A DNA stretch of 63,472 nucleotides, filler included, from Octopus bimaculoides (Eukaryota), in NCBI RefSeq assembly GCF_001194135.2. It is 5 parts of 5 records of this genome, joined end to end, with 100 filler letters (N's around TTAATTAATTAA, not from the genome) between each part and the next. Parts side by side here need not be neighbours in the genome. Positions count along the whole stretch, not along the records: positions 27,871 to 56,136 come from NC_068985.1; 4 more parts are not named here. One strand, given 5' to 3'. Made by a program: the position numbers and the translations under genes. The notes beneath the pieces were generated by a model that searched no databases, was not told where the DNA came from, and worked only from the letters and a program-made list of their open reading frames with translations. Shown piece after piece: positions 37,000 to 51,214 of the stretch (the first letter of the stretch is position 1; the number at the start of each line of letters is the position of its first letter).

Positions 37000-38100
37000 T
37001 GTATACACATTTAGGTAAAAATTGAAGTTCGCTGATCCTCACGGACGGGATAAGCTGCGTTGCGGGTCGCTGGACAGACTGATCGTTTAAAATGATTTGA
37101 TTGTGACTATGACGTGACTACCAGTTGAACTGAAACTCAGATGGTTAAACGAGTGGACCTCATTCAGCAGTGGGCTCAGAAGAAGATATTTCTGTAAAAC
37201 CGAGAAGAGGTGGCAAATGCCTACGCTTTCTCTGACATAATTCACTGCTGGTCCAACGCTGAAATTGTGCCATCTGCTGATTTCTCTCGACGGTGAGCAA
37301 GTGTTCTCGCCGTCCATAAGGCACCATTTTCCGCTTTCATTCCTTTTATGGAAGTGCAGATCAGGATCACTGGAAGACCAGGATTAACTGCCTGGCTTCT
37401 GGAATGTAGTCACGTGCATGCCGCCTTCTAACTGCCAAAATATGCGGTTGAGTAAATTCTAATTTTGCAATATGTAAAGAACTAATTGTGGATAATTGCG
37501 ATGACGTTCCCGAGAAAACTTTAGGTATCGACGAAACTGATTTTCTAGATCTGTTTCAGAGGTCTTTCGAGCCGAATATTTCAATGGATAATTTCCAGAA
37601 ATCTTAGCCTTGGCAGTGGTACAGTATGGCGCTACCGCTTTAAGAGAAAATGTAAATTACGGAAACTGTAATGCATTCACTCATGCAATGTCCGAGCATT
37701 GCTGACATATGAAGATATATCGAGATTTTGTCCCAAGTAATATCGTCTGCGCGAATAGTGAGTAATACCACCACACCTGTATTTACTGGTATCTTTCTTT
37801 TTCTGGTGGGTATGGTTGAGTGGTGAACGAAGCTCTAAGCATTGGAGACAGATGCCTTCCACATCAACATTCTCATGTTCCGCTTGGATGGGGAAACTGC
37901 AACTCAGGAGGGAAGTTTTCTTTCCAACAAATTTGCTAAAAGTGGGGTGACTTTAACTACTCTAAAAATGCGCCTGTAGATTGGAGAACAGCTGTTGAAC
38001 AAGAGCTTGTGACTTTGTTGGTCAGGGTGTTACTAGATTTGTAAGCTTCCTCCTTTGGCCCGAGCTGGAGTCCCTTCTCCCTCATTTACGCGTTAACTGC
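37000..38100 (-). mobile_element. Heavily degraded GC-richer repeat, possibly LINE (L1/Tx1) ORF2
   Basis: Fragments RADDIT (YADD-like) and MKAENGALWTART (ALWSARN-like), with many stops and frameshifts. Confidence 0.3.
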
Positions 38101-38269
38101 TTTATTCATCTGGTAGCATATTTTGTATAATATGTATTTTTATCTCTTCCGTCCACCACTTTCTTCCCTTCACCTTTTGTATAGTCGTCCACACAAATTG
38201 TAAACTGCACTTATTATGTTTCACTCATAGGATAGCCCTAGGGTAAATAAAAGAAATCGCCATTGTCGT

Positions 38270-38475
38270 TGTCGTTGTTACTGTTGTTATTACTGTTGTT
38301 GTTGTTGCTGTTGTTGTTGTTGTTGTTGTTGTTATTGTTGTTGTTGTTGTTGTTCTTCTTCTTCTTCTTCTTCTTCTTCTTCTTCTTCTTCTTCTTCTTC
38401 TTCTTCTTCTTCTTCTTCTTCTTCTCATTATTATTATTATTATCATTATTATTATTATTATCATTATTATTATTA
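38270..38475. repeat. Compound trinucleotide microsatellite (GTT)n-(CTT)n-(ATT)n
   Basis: Seen directly. Confidence 0.95.
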
Positions 38476-39080
38476 TTAAAAAGCTGAAAAAATATAAAAA
38501 AATGAAAACAAATTTCGACAAACATAAAACGCCCCAGAAGAATAATTGCAAGTAATAACCTTCAACCATTATTCCTAGTCGGAAGATATAGCAGACAAAA
38601 TTGGCAGGAAGTTATTTCGTAAAAACAATAAATGGTTGTATAGGGATGAAAAGAATAGTAAAACAGAGAAGTGGAGGGAAAATAGCTATATTAATAATAA
38701 TAATAAAAAGAATGAATATAAAAGAAATTGAGTGACAGAAGGAGAGGAAACAGAGAGGGAGAGAGAGGTGGAGAGAGAGAGAGATAGTAAAAGAAAGAAC
38801 AAATATATGAATGAAGGAAGGACAGTAAATAGTAAATTAGAAATAAAAGAAATATAACAGAAAGGAGGAAAATGTGTAAAAATGAACAAAAAGAATTAAA
38901 GGAAAGCGGTTTGATAAATAATAATCATTAGAAAAGCAGATAGAAATATCTGACAGAGAAACTATGAACGTTAGACAGAAGGAAAGAATGGAAGTAGAAA
39001 TGAAATGGCAGAATGAAATAAACTGAAGAAGGTGGAGGGAATGAGTAAAAGAGAAAGAGTGATAGAGAGAGAGAGAGGTG

Positions 39081-39124
<44 letters not shown>

Positions 39125-39372
39125 CAGAGAGAGGAGGGAAGAGAGAGAAAGACACATAATTAAAGGAGACAGAAACAAAACTGTATACAAGGTGAAAGTA
39201 AAAAGAGAGACCCATGAGTGTTGAACCGGGCGAAATAGATATTCGCAACAAATATAACAACAAAAACAACAATACGAAGTTTTTAACATGGCCGTCATTC
39301 TCGTCCATCATCAACATCGTCTCCGTCTTCGACAATATCATTATTATCTTCGTCATCATCATCATCATTTTT

Positions 39373-39426
<54 letters not shown>

Positions 39427-40852
39427 ATCAGCAGCAGCATCAGCAGCATCAGCAGCAGCAACAGCAGCAATGCCATTACCATTCTCATACATCGACGCCA
39501 TAGTTGTCATTACATCGTTATGCCTCACCATTACCACCGCTGTTAGTTGACTCAACACTAATCCTCTTCCACCACCGGCATCCGTTGGACTATTCTCTTA
39601 CTCGCCGACTCGCCGACTGCAGCAGAAACAACATCAGCAAATGCTGCATTATTAACTCCGCTACTCCACTACCAAACGTGTCAAACCATTAACCTGCATA
39701 TTTTACCGTTATTGAACACATTACTAAAGCTCCAAAATCAGTGTCTGCTTGTTACTGTATTGAACACTCTTGGCATATTCTGACGGGGGAAGCCTGTACG
39801 AGTTGTCGTGACCTGTTAAAAATAGCAGCCAAATTTATCTCGAATCACATCCCACTACTCTTAGAAAAGGATTCTTCCGATAATGCGATGTTGCATATAA
39901 GAAAATGGCAGAATGGTCATTGTTGGAATGGCTTTCATTCTCGTACAGCTTTATCTGGAATAACCTATGGCTAAATCACATACAAACATAAAAAAATTAC
40001 ATTGTTTTTAGATTCACCCATCGTAAACGATGTGTTTAATGTTTTTTACCGGGGAAAGTTATCTGGAGGGCAGCGTGTTAAAACAGTTTCTGTGTGATGC
40101 TTGTAAATGATTTGAAAGACCTAGCAAATAGTTGAGACGCTTATATCTGATCCTGTAAAGAAAAACAAACCGCAATATTTGTGTATGCGAGTGCGTGTGT
40201 TTGTGTATGTACGTGTGTGTGTGTGTTTGTGTTTGTGTGTGTGTGTGTGTGTGTTTGTTTGTGTGTGTGTATGTGTGTGTGTATGTGTGTGTGTGTGTGT
40301 GTAGTAATATTACATTAATGAGTGGAACGTACAATTTCCTGTAAGTTAAACCACCTCATAGTCCCACCAGATAAAATGGAAAATGCGTTGTCCCGGAAGA
40401 TGCATTGGAACTGCGACTCTGACTCACGGGCTCGCACTTGCGGACATCCATCATAAACACTCCTACACTTGCTAACGCACCATCCATTTCACCAATACTA
40501 CCTCCACCAGTAGTTTTGGTACCTATGGTTCCTCATCACCACGGCAATATCCACTAACATCACCATCACCAATAACAGTAACAATAACATTACTACTATG
40601 GTCAAAATCCATCATCACCAACCAATTCACTCTCTATCTATTCTACAATTTCTCTGACCACCAACAGAGGTTATCATCACCTATAACCCCGCCATTACTT
40701 TACCGCCACTAACACCAACACCAGTACCATCGCTACCTGTACCACCACATTACAACCAACACCATATCACCAATAACATTGTCAATATTAAATTTATCAC
40801 CATTGACACATCGTCCAGTATCAGTGGCCTCCACCACCACCACCACCATCAC

Positions 40853-40884
<32 letters not shown>

Positions 40885-41182
40885 GCACAGTACTCCTACT
40901 GTCACCGCTGTCTTCTTCATGAACCTATCTTGGAATCCTTGCTTCTCCACATTATCTGCTAGAAATAGCAGCCAAATCTAACATCAACTTCTATCGCCTA
41001 AAATAAGCATATACATGTTAAAAATATAGTACCGTTGAAGTTTAGAAACACAGGCTAAGAAAAAACTTGGTTAGGTTTGTACTAGGACCAGGAAAATATC
41101 ACTCGCATACTACAGCAAAGTGACCAGCAAAATCTCATATAATTCGCACTTAAATATTTTGGAAAATGAAAAGGAAAATGAA

Positions 41183-41354
41183 GGCGTAGAACTGGCAGAA
41201 TCGTTACCATGTAAGGCAAAATTCTTAGTGGCATTTCGTCCGCCTTTATGTTCTGAGCATTGAGGCCGAAACGATCGACTTTGCCTTTCATCCAATCTGG
41301 GTCGATAAAATAAGCAGGAGTTCAGCACTGAGATCGATGTAACTGACTTACTCC
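41183..41354 (+). mobile_element. tRNA-head SINE (second family)
   Basis: actggcagaatcgttacc...gatcgactttgcctttcatcc...gggtcgataaaataagc. Confidence 0.82.
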
Positions 41355-43087
41355 ATTCAGAAAATTGAAGGTAGACCTTTCGCACAGTATGCATGCTCTA
41401 TATTAAAAATGACAAAGAAGGCATGATTGCACCCTTTCTTATCATAGGTCATTTCGGTCACGTCTGATGCAAACTAGTAAATGCCAAGCGTTATCTGTAC
41501 GTTTATTATTATTATTATTATTATTAAAAAGAACCAGCTAAAGAGCAAATATCTTTTATTCTCCTATGACTTGAATTCTTGAATGTGCTGTAGACGTACT
41601 GTTTAGGCATACATTATTTCTTGAGCATTTGTGAAACATGGTGCAGCCCATTCCTTTCTAGGCAAGATCACATCTAATTAATTCATTCGTTCGCTCCTTC
41701 CTTCCTTCCTTCTAGAGAGATGTGGGAAGAGAGGAGAGAGAAAAGTAAGAAGCGGTAGAAACCCATAGCGTGATTTGAACTCTAGACGTATTGTGCGCGT
41801 ACAGATAGCGCTTGGCATTCTCAACGATGGCCTAACGAAACTGTAAATCTCTCGTTATCCTAATTCTAAATACCAACAGTTCTCCCAGTACCTCGTCTAT
41901 CACAGCAGTCTGATTGCATCTACTTCAAGGACCACCTCTAGTATCATTAGCAGGAATGGCAACACTGACCCCGCCAAACCTAGAAAAAAATCACCACCGC
42001 AACCACCACCACTACCACCACTATCACCATTATTACTAAACTCCATCATCGCCTCTATTATCAACAACATAAAAGTCGCCACCACCATCTTCACAACTAC
42101 GACTATCATCACCATTACTGCTGCCATCACCACCACCATCACTACTCTCTCCATCACTAACTGAACTGCGCAACCATGTGTTTCATCGGCACGATAGTCA
42201 TCACCAATATTATCGCTGTATATTACTATAACTACCAATAATTACTCGCACCATTATGATCACTACAACAAAATTTAGTATTACTATTGCCTCTGTTATC
42301 ACCTCCACCACTTTAACAAGAATATCACGAGAAACACCATTATGAATATTACCGTTTCAACCAGGGCGACTACAGCCAATATCACCGACAGCATCGACAG
42401 CGCCTTAACCAACATACTCACGCAACCATCAACCCCGGCCACTCCAACGCCACCAACATACTCCCCACCAGCACCATTATGGTATTTCTTGTTATGCCGT
42501 TCCACTCCGTCCAAATGTCATTCCTATGGTAAACGAAGTGTTGTTATTTTTTTTTTTTTATTGATGTCTACAAAACAACAATTTTCTTCATATATGACAT
42601 CATATCGGGAAAGATGTGTAGTGAAGGGGCGGCTGATATGGAGAAGATGGCGGTAGTGACTCTAGGGGGGATATTTCTGATGGTGATGGTGGTGATGATC
42701 ATGGTGGAAGGGGTGATGTTGTTGCAGTTGTTATTGTTGTTGTTGTTGTTGTTGGTGGTTGTTTTGTTAGCATTGGTTTCGCTGTGTCAATGTTGCTTGA
42801 GGTGGAAATGGTAGTTGTAGTGGTTGTCATGTGGTAGGATTGTAAGAGTTGGTAAATGAGTGTGAATGTTGTTGGTGTTGTTGGTGCTGGTGGCGGTGCC
42901 GTTGTTTGTGGTGGTGATAGTGGTGTTTGTATTCCTGAGGGACAACCGAGTTATTAATGCTCAAGCGCGTACTTTGAGTGACCTTTTATTATAACTATTA
43001 CTGATGTCTCCGTTGTTGCTGATACTATTACAAAAAAAAAAAAAAGGAACAGCACCTATCAGCAGTCGTACACACAGTCGCACCACC

Positions 43088-43119
<32 letters not shown>

Positions 43120-44152
43120 AAATTTTCTTCGTTGCAACAACTACCGCTGCTGATATTGCCATTTTCCAGCTTCTTTTAGCGCGTTGATTTAGATAAATAT
43201 AAATGACACATAAAACAAATCTTAAACAAGCCGTGTGCCATTGTCCTTCCGTCCCTGGTGGAGAACAGTAAAACCTTTCTGCCCGAATATATTAGAGCGA
43301 TTACTTTGTCAATGCCAGCGAAATGACAGAAGGATGAAAGTTGCGGAAACTTTATCCCAAAGACCACACACAAATTCCTGTTGTCCACCAAAGCCTATGA
43401 TTGAACAATAAACTAACATTTTCAGACAGTTCGAGAACATTTTTTAAAGGGTGTCAGAAATGTGGTGATGGCAAAAATCTGACAATAAGCTTCTGTTTCT
43501 TTTTGTCTTCTCTTCTTGTGTCTTTCAATTTTACCCTCTTTTTATCTATTTCTAGTTTTTACGCTAATATTGCTTTACATCAAGGACCACTTATTTTTTC
43601 TGCTTTCTATTTTTTTGTTCTTCATTCGCAAATTCTCTCATCTTTTCACTACATTTTATTGCCTTTTATTTACGAACACTTGATCTGCTGCATTAATTCC
43701 CAAGAAGGTGTTTCATATATCATTGCATTGTAGATTTTTTTTTTTGCTTTGTTTATTACATATATTTACAATTACATGATATATTAGCAGGAGCACTAAC
43801 AAAAAAACAAGAGAGAAAATATAAGGATAGCTAAACAATAAAACTAGAATAGAACAACACTAACTAAAAACGAGTATTAAGAACTGAATTATGCTTAACA
43901 CTGGTACACATAATGCAAATTGCATTGTCAAGAAATTAGAAAAGCGAAGTTTTTGGTGGCAAAATTGATTTATTAATCGGTTTTCAGTAAAACCAATATT
44001 TTCATTATATGTGCGTATGTGTGTGTATGCATGTATACATATATGTGTGCGTGTGTNNNNNNNNNNNNNNNNNNNNNNNNNNNNNNNNNNNNNNNNNNNN
44101 NNNNNNNNNNNNNNNNNNNNNNNNNNNNNNNNNNNNNNNNNNNNNNNNNNNN

Positions 44153-44193
<41 letters not shown>

Positions 44194-44464
44194 GTTGACA
44201 TGTCTACCAATGGTTTCATGTGAAAGGTCATCACAGCTGTCCAAGCAGACCACATACAAGTACAGGCACTTGTCTCCATGTGGGATGGAGATAGACAAGC
44301 TTATATGAAGCGGAATTGGATTTCGAAATAAATAAACAACAAAAGGGAGATAAGCTATGAGAATGTACTGATTGTTATCTTTCTTGCATTAGCCGTGGTG
44401 TTTTGCAAGACATTGCTTTTACCATAGATTAATTCATTTCGTAGGTATCTCATACGTGTACGTT

Positions 44465-44620
44465 CGTTTATATTTCACTTGCTAGAGTCATTAGGCTGCA
44501 GCGATGCTGGGTCATGGCCATGAAGAGTTTCTAGTTGAAGGAATCGACCAATAATTTTTTTTAAAGTCTGGAACTTATTCTATCGGTCTCTTGTGCCGAA
44601 ATACTGTGTTTCGTGGACGC
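44465..44620 (-). mobile_element. SINE 3' fragment
   Basis: cacttgctagagtcattaggctgcagcgatgctgg...tggaacttattctatcggtctcttgtgccgaa resembles the 4871-5245 tail region. Confidence 0.65.
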
Positions 44621-45061
44621 TATCTCTTTCCGTTATAGCACTCATGACGACATCAAATACCTTATTTGCTTTCCTTTTCCTTCAATAAAAATTATCATGA
44701 GAGAACAATGACTTCCTTGCGTTTATTATAATGGCCATTTCGATGTTAGTGACAGTTACATATATTTTACTAAACTAGAGTGCCCTCCTGTAATCCGTGC
44801 AATTGATTTTGAAATCCCGTTCAGTCTCGTGCGATATCCAAGATGGAGATGAGTACTAACATTTCCATGTGGTGAGCTTGAAAAAATGGGAAAATCACTC
44901 TACATGAACGCATTGCTAGCCTGGTTAACCCCAAACCAAAGAATATTTATCCTCCAATGCAGTGTTGAGCACTCTTTCCCACTTTTAGGTATTAGCGTGC
45001 ATATATATAAAGTCAATGCTGCTATCAATTTTCCTGTTTCCAATGATATTTGCTCTGTAAG

Positions 45062-45102
<41 letters not shown>

Positions 45103-45589
45103 CGGGCAAAAATAGTGTCATGTTTTGATTTAAAGTTTATGATTTTGACGCAAATATATAGTTTATTTACTAATCAATTTATTTTTATGATTCTCGATTA
45201 GTTTTTATCATCAATCCTCAGTATTTTTATCTGAACCATATGGGTATACAATTGCGAGAAATTGAACGTGTTTAGTAACTATTCTTACTTTGTCAATTCC
45301 AGTATGTTGTAAAGCAGAGACAATTCGTTTAATAGATTTTCATACACAAATTGAAGTAAACAAAATTAAGGCACCACTATATAATACACATGCCACTAGC
45401 ATAATGAAAACATGTCTGAAGATCAACTCGTAAACCACACCAGCGCAGATATGTTTTTGTAAACGGTTGAGTATATCTGTGTATTTTCATCGTTCTACTA
45501 CACTGCTCCTTTCTTAATTAAATTGTGATCCGTTTCTGAAGCTTATATAAACGATATGCAAACAGGTGGCGTGGAAAAGGCAATATCCC

Positions 45590-45870
45590 CCTTAAAACTG
45601 GTTCGATATTTTGGCTCAAGGCCACCAACATCAAAGGAGGGGTAAGTCAATTACATTGTCCTCAGTTTTCAACTGGTACTTATTTCATCGACCACAAAAT
45701 AATAAAGGGAGAAGTAGACCTCGAGGGAATTTGAAATCAAAACACAAAGGCGAACAAATTTTGCCTGTCGTGCTAAAATATTCCCCTTAATATTGGTTTC
45801 AAATTTTGGCAGAAGGCCAACAATTTTCGGGGAGGAGTAAATTGATTACCTTTCATTCCGTTACTCCGAC
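45590..45870 (-). mobile_element. SINE fragments (second family)
   Basis: aactggtacttatttcatcgacc...gtagacctcgagggaatttgaaatcaaaac is the reverse complement of the B-box/core segment. Confidence 0.65.
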
Positions 45871-47589
45871 CCCGATATGTTAACGATTCTGCAAGTTCAC
45901 TTCGTTAGTCTCCCTTAATATTGCAAACTCTCTTATTTCGTTAGGCTGATACTAAGGAAATCGTATGCACACCATAATACTCGAGGCCTTGCCACGTTTC
46001 ATATACTCACTATAATTTGCGACAAAGTAAAATGTTTCACTTGATTAAATAAGGAAAATATACTTGTACGTTGCTGTAGATATTCCAATATCTACACCAA
46101 AGTACATGTGTTTCGTGATATTTCATTAATATCTAGATGCATAAAGTATTTATTTGCACATTGTGACTGAAACTTGGTAGATATCCTTTTGGAAATGAAC
46201 ACTTTTCTTACTACAAACACGCGAGTAATGTCTAGGGCGGTTAGCAAAAAAGTTGTATATGTTCAGCCCCAGTATAGAATCTATGTTTGAATCATGTTTA
46301 ATGTAAAAACTCAAATATATAATGTATATTTATATTAAGAAGATTTTGGAAAAAAAATATGTAAAAGCTTTGCTAATTTGATATATGCATCTTCCGTGAT
46401 TCTCCTTCATAAGTGATGTATTAGCTGATTTATTGGAGTCCATCTATACAACACACACATACACACACACATATACATACATACATATATATATATATCC
46501 ACACACATTTAAATATACACATGTTCATAACTATGTTTGTTTTTTCTATAACGGGGTGTTGTCTGGTTCTTCTCAAGTCCTTAGGGACGGATGCAATTGA
46601 ATGGTGCTAAAGTACAGCTTAAATTGTTGCGTGTCAATGACTGCAAATAAACATGTCCAAGGGTGGGACAGATGAGGATTGTATAAAAGAATTCAGTATT
46701 CATACTTGCACATACATGCGTGGATTTGCATGAAAGCAGATGTAAATAAATGTATGTTTTAGAATATTTTACTGGTGCTTTATCTTTATTGTAAAAAGAT
46801 TTAAGTCACTTGGGGCAGGTAAGAGTGGCCAAGTAAGACTGCATGTTTGGCAAACCGTTCTGACTTACAAGTAAATGCCAATACGAGGTATAAATGTTAA
46901 ATACTCAACATTATTTCCTCATTAGAAAAGTTTTACAGTTCACTAAGCTGGAAACTGTTGTAATTTGAATTGGAGATGAAATTATACCTAACAGAAAATG
47001 TAATTCACATTCAGGATCTGCACTCATCATCAAAATGATTTTAATAATATAAGATGTATTCAGTGAAGAATATAATTAATTAATTTCATGTAATAGATTA
47101 ACTAAATGAAGTTTTTGTTTTTGTTGAAGAGACCGATGAGAAATAGCATGCTAGACATGTCCAACTTTTTATTTCTTGAAGCATAGTGTCATAGGACTAT
47201 ATCACTCAAGTTATCATTCATTTCTTCTTAGATGATAAGATGATATTTTTAGAGAGATACGTCTGGTATTTCTAGCATGTCGATCGACAAGCGAGAGACA
47301 GCTTCTTTGGCGGGGACTGTATAGGGTTACAATAAAAGAAAAAATAAAACGTTGTGATCTTTAAGCATTTATTATATGATTTATTAATTCAGTTGACATA
47401 ACTGGCATTAGGATTAAAGTGTGAACAGGTCAAGTTATACTGAAGTACTCCGATCATAGAATACATTAGCAACGACAAACTATTCATCAACTGTCAGTGA
47501 ACATTTTTAGTTTCTCATCAAAAACATTACACTTCAACTCAGTGTCATTGGATGTTATAGGATATGTTGTTGTTATTCTTCTTCTTTAG

Positions 47590-47733
47590 ATCTCTGTCAG
47601 TCGTAATCGAGCATACCTATGACGAAGCACATTCCAACTACGACCATTCCTCATTTTCATTTTTCTATAATTGCGTGTTCCTTTCTTCAAGACGATGGAT
47701 TGGGAATTACGAGAGATTTAGTTACTATTCCAC
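47590..47733 (+). CDS. Candidate 144-nt internal exon (open frame SLSVVIEHTYDEAHSNYDHSSFSFFYNCVFLSSRRWIGNYERFSYYS)
   Basis: Strong acceptor gttattcttcttctttag| and donor CAC|GTAAGT. Length divisible by 3 with one fully open frame. No homology recognised. Confidence 0.33.
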
Positions 47734-48334
47734 GTAAGTTGAATTACTCTGTAGAGGTTTCTTGCGGTCTCAGTGTTATGTGGTGCGAATATCGTGAAAG
47801 GCTGAAGTTGAGAATTTATTTCTCATTTAAAGTGGAATCCGAAATCGATCGCTAATGCTACCAGTGAATTTGTACTGAAAAACAAAACGATACGAATGAA
47901 GATGGTTGAAATTTCAATTCCAAAGTCATACCTTCTGAAATTTAAACATATAATTTGGTAGTGTATGAAAGTAAAGTATTTTTAACTAAATAAAATGAAA
48001 CACAATACGTTGTTAACGTTCCGTGCTTCAGGAAATTGATTCTTTATAGAGATATCAATTTAATATTCTATATAGGATTCATTATTGTCTTAGTGGCAAT
48101 ACAGAGGTGTAAATACAAAACTGATTATGTCTTATAGAACGCCGAAAAATTTCTTGCTATATTTTGTCTCGTAATGTTCTAGATTCAATTACTCAGCTTG
48201 ATCGTTCCTCAGAGAAAGCTTACTCCTCCAAAAATGCCTCAGAATTTTCATTTACTTATAAAGCAATAATTTTTTTAAGTTAGTAGATTAACGAAATAGC
48301 ATTAGTAATGTAAAGGAAACCGGCTGATTAAAAA

Positions 48335-48460
48335 ATGCTTAGTGGCGGCATTTCTTCCGATTTTACCTTGTGAGCTCAAACGCTGCCGGGAGTCGACTTT
48401 GCTTTTCGTTCTCCAATAAAACAAGTGCCAGTTGAACACTAGGGTCAATGTAACCGATTT
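48335..48460 (+). mobile_element. SINE fragment (second family)
   Basis: atgcttagtggc...gagctcaaacgctgccgggagtcgactttgcttttc...gtgccagttgaacactagggtcaatgtaaccgattt. Confidence 0.7.
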
Positions 48461-50489
48461 ACGTTTTTACGAAATTGCTGGTCTTGTGCCAATATTTGAA
48501 ACCACTATTTTTATTTGCGAGGATGGTGATACTGGGAAAGGTTAGAATGACAGTGAGGCAAGTGAATTTGAGAGTCACCAATTTGTAATTCGTTAAAACT
48601 AGTATTAGTATTATTACTAACAGTAATTCAGCTGCAAACAATACTTTCCTGTAAACATATACTGTAGAAAATCAGACTATTAGAATAGAGTATTATTCTT
48701 AGAGTGCAATAGGATTTCAGACAAGATCGATTCGCTTGTCACACTTTCAATTTTCAGTTAGCTTCAAATACTTTAATTTGTATGCTTTGTCAATTGACAT
48801 ATTTTTAAATATATAAATCTAATATTGCTAAGATTCACTATTCGTGATTGCTCAACATTACCATTAAACAAAAGTTTTTATTTCAAAATTCAGAAAAAAT
48901 GCAATTCAAGTAAATGGTTTATATCTTTATACACACAGAACATCATAGAGATGTATGCAGACATAGATACATACACACACATGTGAACCTAATATTCGAA
49001 ATTGTGATTACCAAAGAATTGAAATAATTAAAAAAATCTTTGTTCAGGTATAGATAATTCACATCCTAGCTTGATACATCTTTGCTATCCAGGAAAAGGA
49101 GAAAGCAATCAGAATTTTATTCAGTAAGTGAAATGAGGACACATATCGACATTGCTGAAGAAATCATCCATTGTGCCATATGTAAGAGGAAAATATATCG
49201 CATATCATCATCAGCTGCACATAAATGCCTACAAGTAACTGCCTTCTTATGAAATATATGTCACGGTTAGAAAGCAAGGAATGAAAGGAACAAATCTATT
49301 TAAATTGGTATTAGAACTGATCCAAAACATATGCCAGTTAATACCTAATGTTATATGGGGATATAACATGAAATTCTTTCCAAAACCAATTGCAAATCTT
49401 TCTGCGGACAGTTATCCCGAAGGTACACCGGGATCTGAATACGTCCACAGCCATGAAAAAATAAGAATGCTGATGGAATGAGACTCCAAAAATGCAGCAA
49501 CGAAGTGTAAATACAAAACTGATTATGTCTTATGCAGCAGAGAGCGAAAATCAAGTACTGTTTTAGATTGTTGAAACAAATGACTCGTCTAAAGTGGTGG
49601 TAAAAGCGATCTGGGAGGAAATAATTAGGAACTTAAAGTCCGGCTATATATTCCAAGCACTGGTTTACAAGAGGAAAAAAAAAAAACAAAGCAAAATTCA
49701 GAATGGCGAAACTTTGCATCAAAGCATAACGGAAACTGACTTGAATCCTCCAAAACATTACAAGAAAAATGAAGATTTGTAGAGCATTCCAAATATTCTA
49801 CATCTGAATTTCCTAAAATGAATGTATGCTAGAAATCACTTGTGCATATATACACACACATAAAATAACAAGCTTAAACACAACTGTTCTCAAGAGATAA
49901 ACACAGCTATGATATGTTTGCAAATATGCATACTCATACACATACATATGTATATGCACGAACTAATTCACTTATATGCTCACACATCTCAGAAATACTC
50001 TTACAACAAATACGCCGTATCACTTTGTTAAGAACAGACTTGAATTTTGTGTAGAACATTAAAAAATAGACTAATGGTATAACGATGCACGATAATTCTT
50101 TCCTGATACTGTAAAAATGATCCCATATCATTAATGTGCGAGAATTTAATTATTTCTTTAGAAGCTTACACAGTAGCTTCAACCAGTACCTTTCATTTAC
50201 TTGTACTATGATATCTTACGAGTTCTAGCATTATTTCCTCTACATAAATTCACATTAAACTTCAGTGAAATTCAAGCTACGGCAAACAAAGAACTTGCTC
50301 AAGAAACCACGCTTTAGGATTCATCCTGGAACTTCACGGTTGAGATGACAATTTGTTAATTATTCGGCTGTGTCAAAGCAATTTATTTTATATATATGCA
50401 TATAAATGAGTAATTGTTTTTTTAGTGCCAACGAAATAGCATTAGTAATGTAAAGGAAACCGGCTGATTTTGTGTGCATCCCACCTATA

Positions 50490-50513
50490 TATCTATCTAT
50501 TTATCTATCTATA

Positions 50514-50544
<31 letters not shown>

Positions 50545-50561
50545 GTATCTATCTATCTATG

Positions 50562-50616
<55 letters not shown>

Positions 50617-50646
50617 TCCTATTAATATATGTAAGTGTGAGTATGG

Positions 50647-50677
<31 letters not shown>

Positions 50678-50715
50678 TGTATGTATGTATGTATGTATGT
50701 ATGTATGTATGTATA
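50490..50715. repeat. (TATC)n and (TATG)n tetranucleotide arrays
   Basis: Seen directly. Confidence 0.95.
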
Positions 50716-51214
50716 TGAGTGTGTGTTTGCGTATGTATATATTAGAAAGGAGACTTCTACCACTTAACGATTTGTTGATCGTTCCTCAGAGAAAGCTTAC
50801 TCCTCCAAAAATGCCTCAGAATTTTCATTTACTTATAAAGCAATAATTTTTTTAAGTTAGTAGATTAACGGAAAGCCTAATTTCCATATATACGTCTTTG
50901 AAGTATCATCCGTAATATAAATATATGTATTTGATGCACACATCAGTGCTCTTAGACAATAAATGGTACAAAATCATGTTTTATTATATCAAACAGCCAT
51001 AAATTAAGATAGTACATTAATGGAAAGCAAAATTTGCATTTTTGTCTCTTTCATGCCTCGTTGTAAATAAACAATATAGATATGAATGTATTTTTCAATG
51101 CAGAATTCAGGCTAGTTATTAACAAGATTGCAAGCTGCTCTGTTTAGGTGAAAGACAGCTGTTGGGATTTGTTCTTCTCTGAATTATTCACTGTATATGT
51201 GAGATTTGCATATA

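Noticed and set aside
38225-39558. Poly-Q/H/D/R/L ORFs
   Set aside because: Translations of trinucleotide and GA microsatellites.
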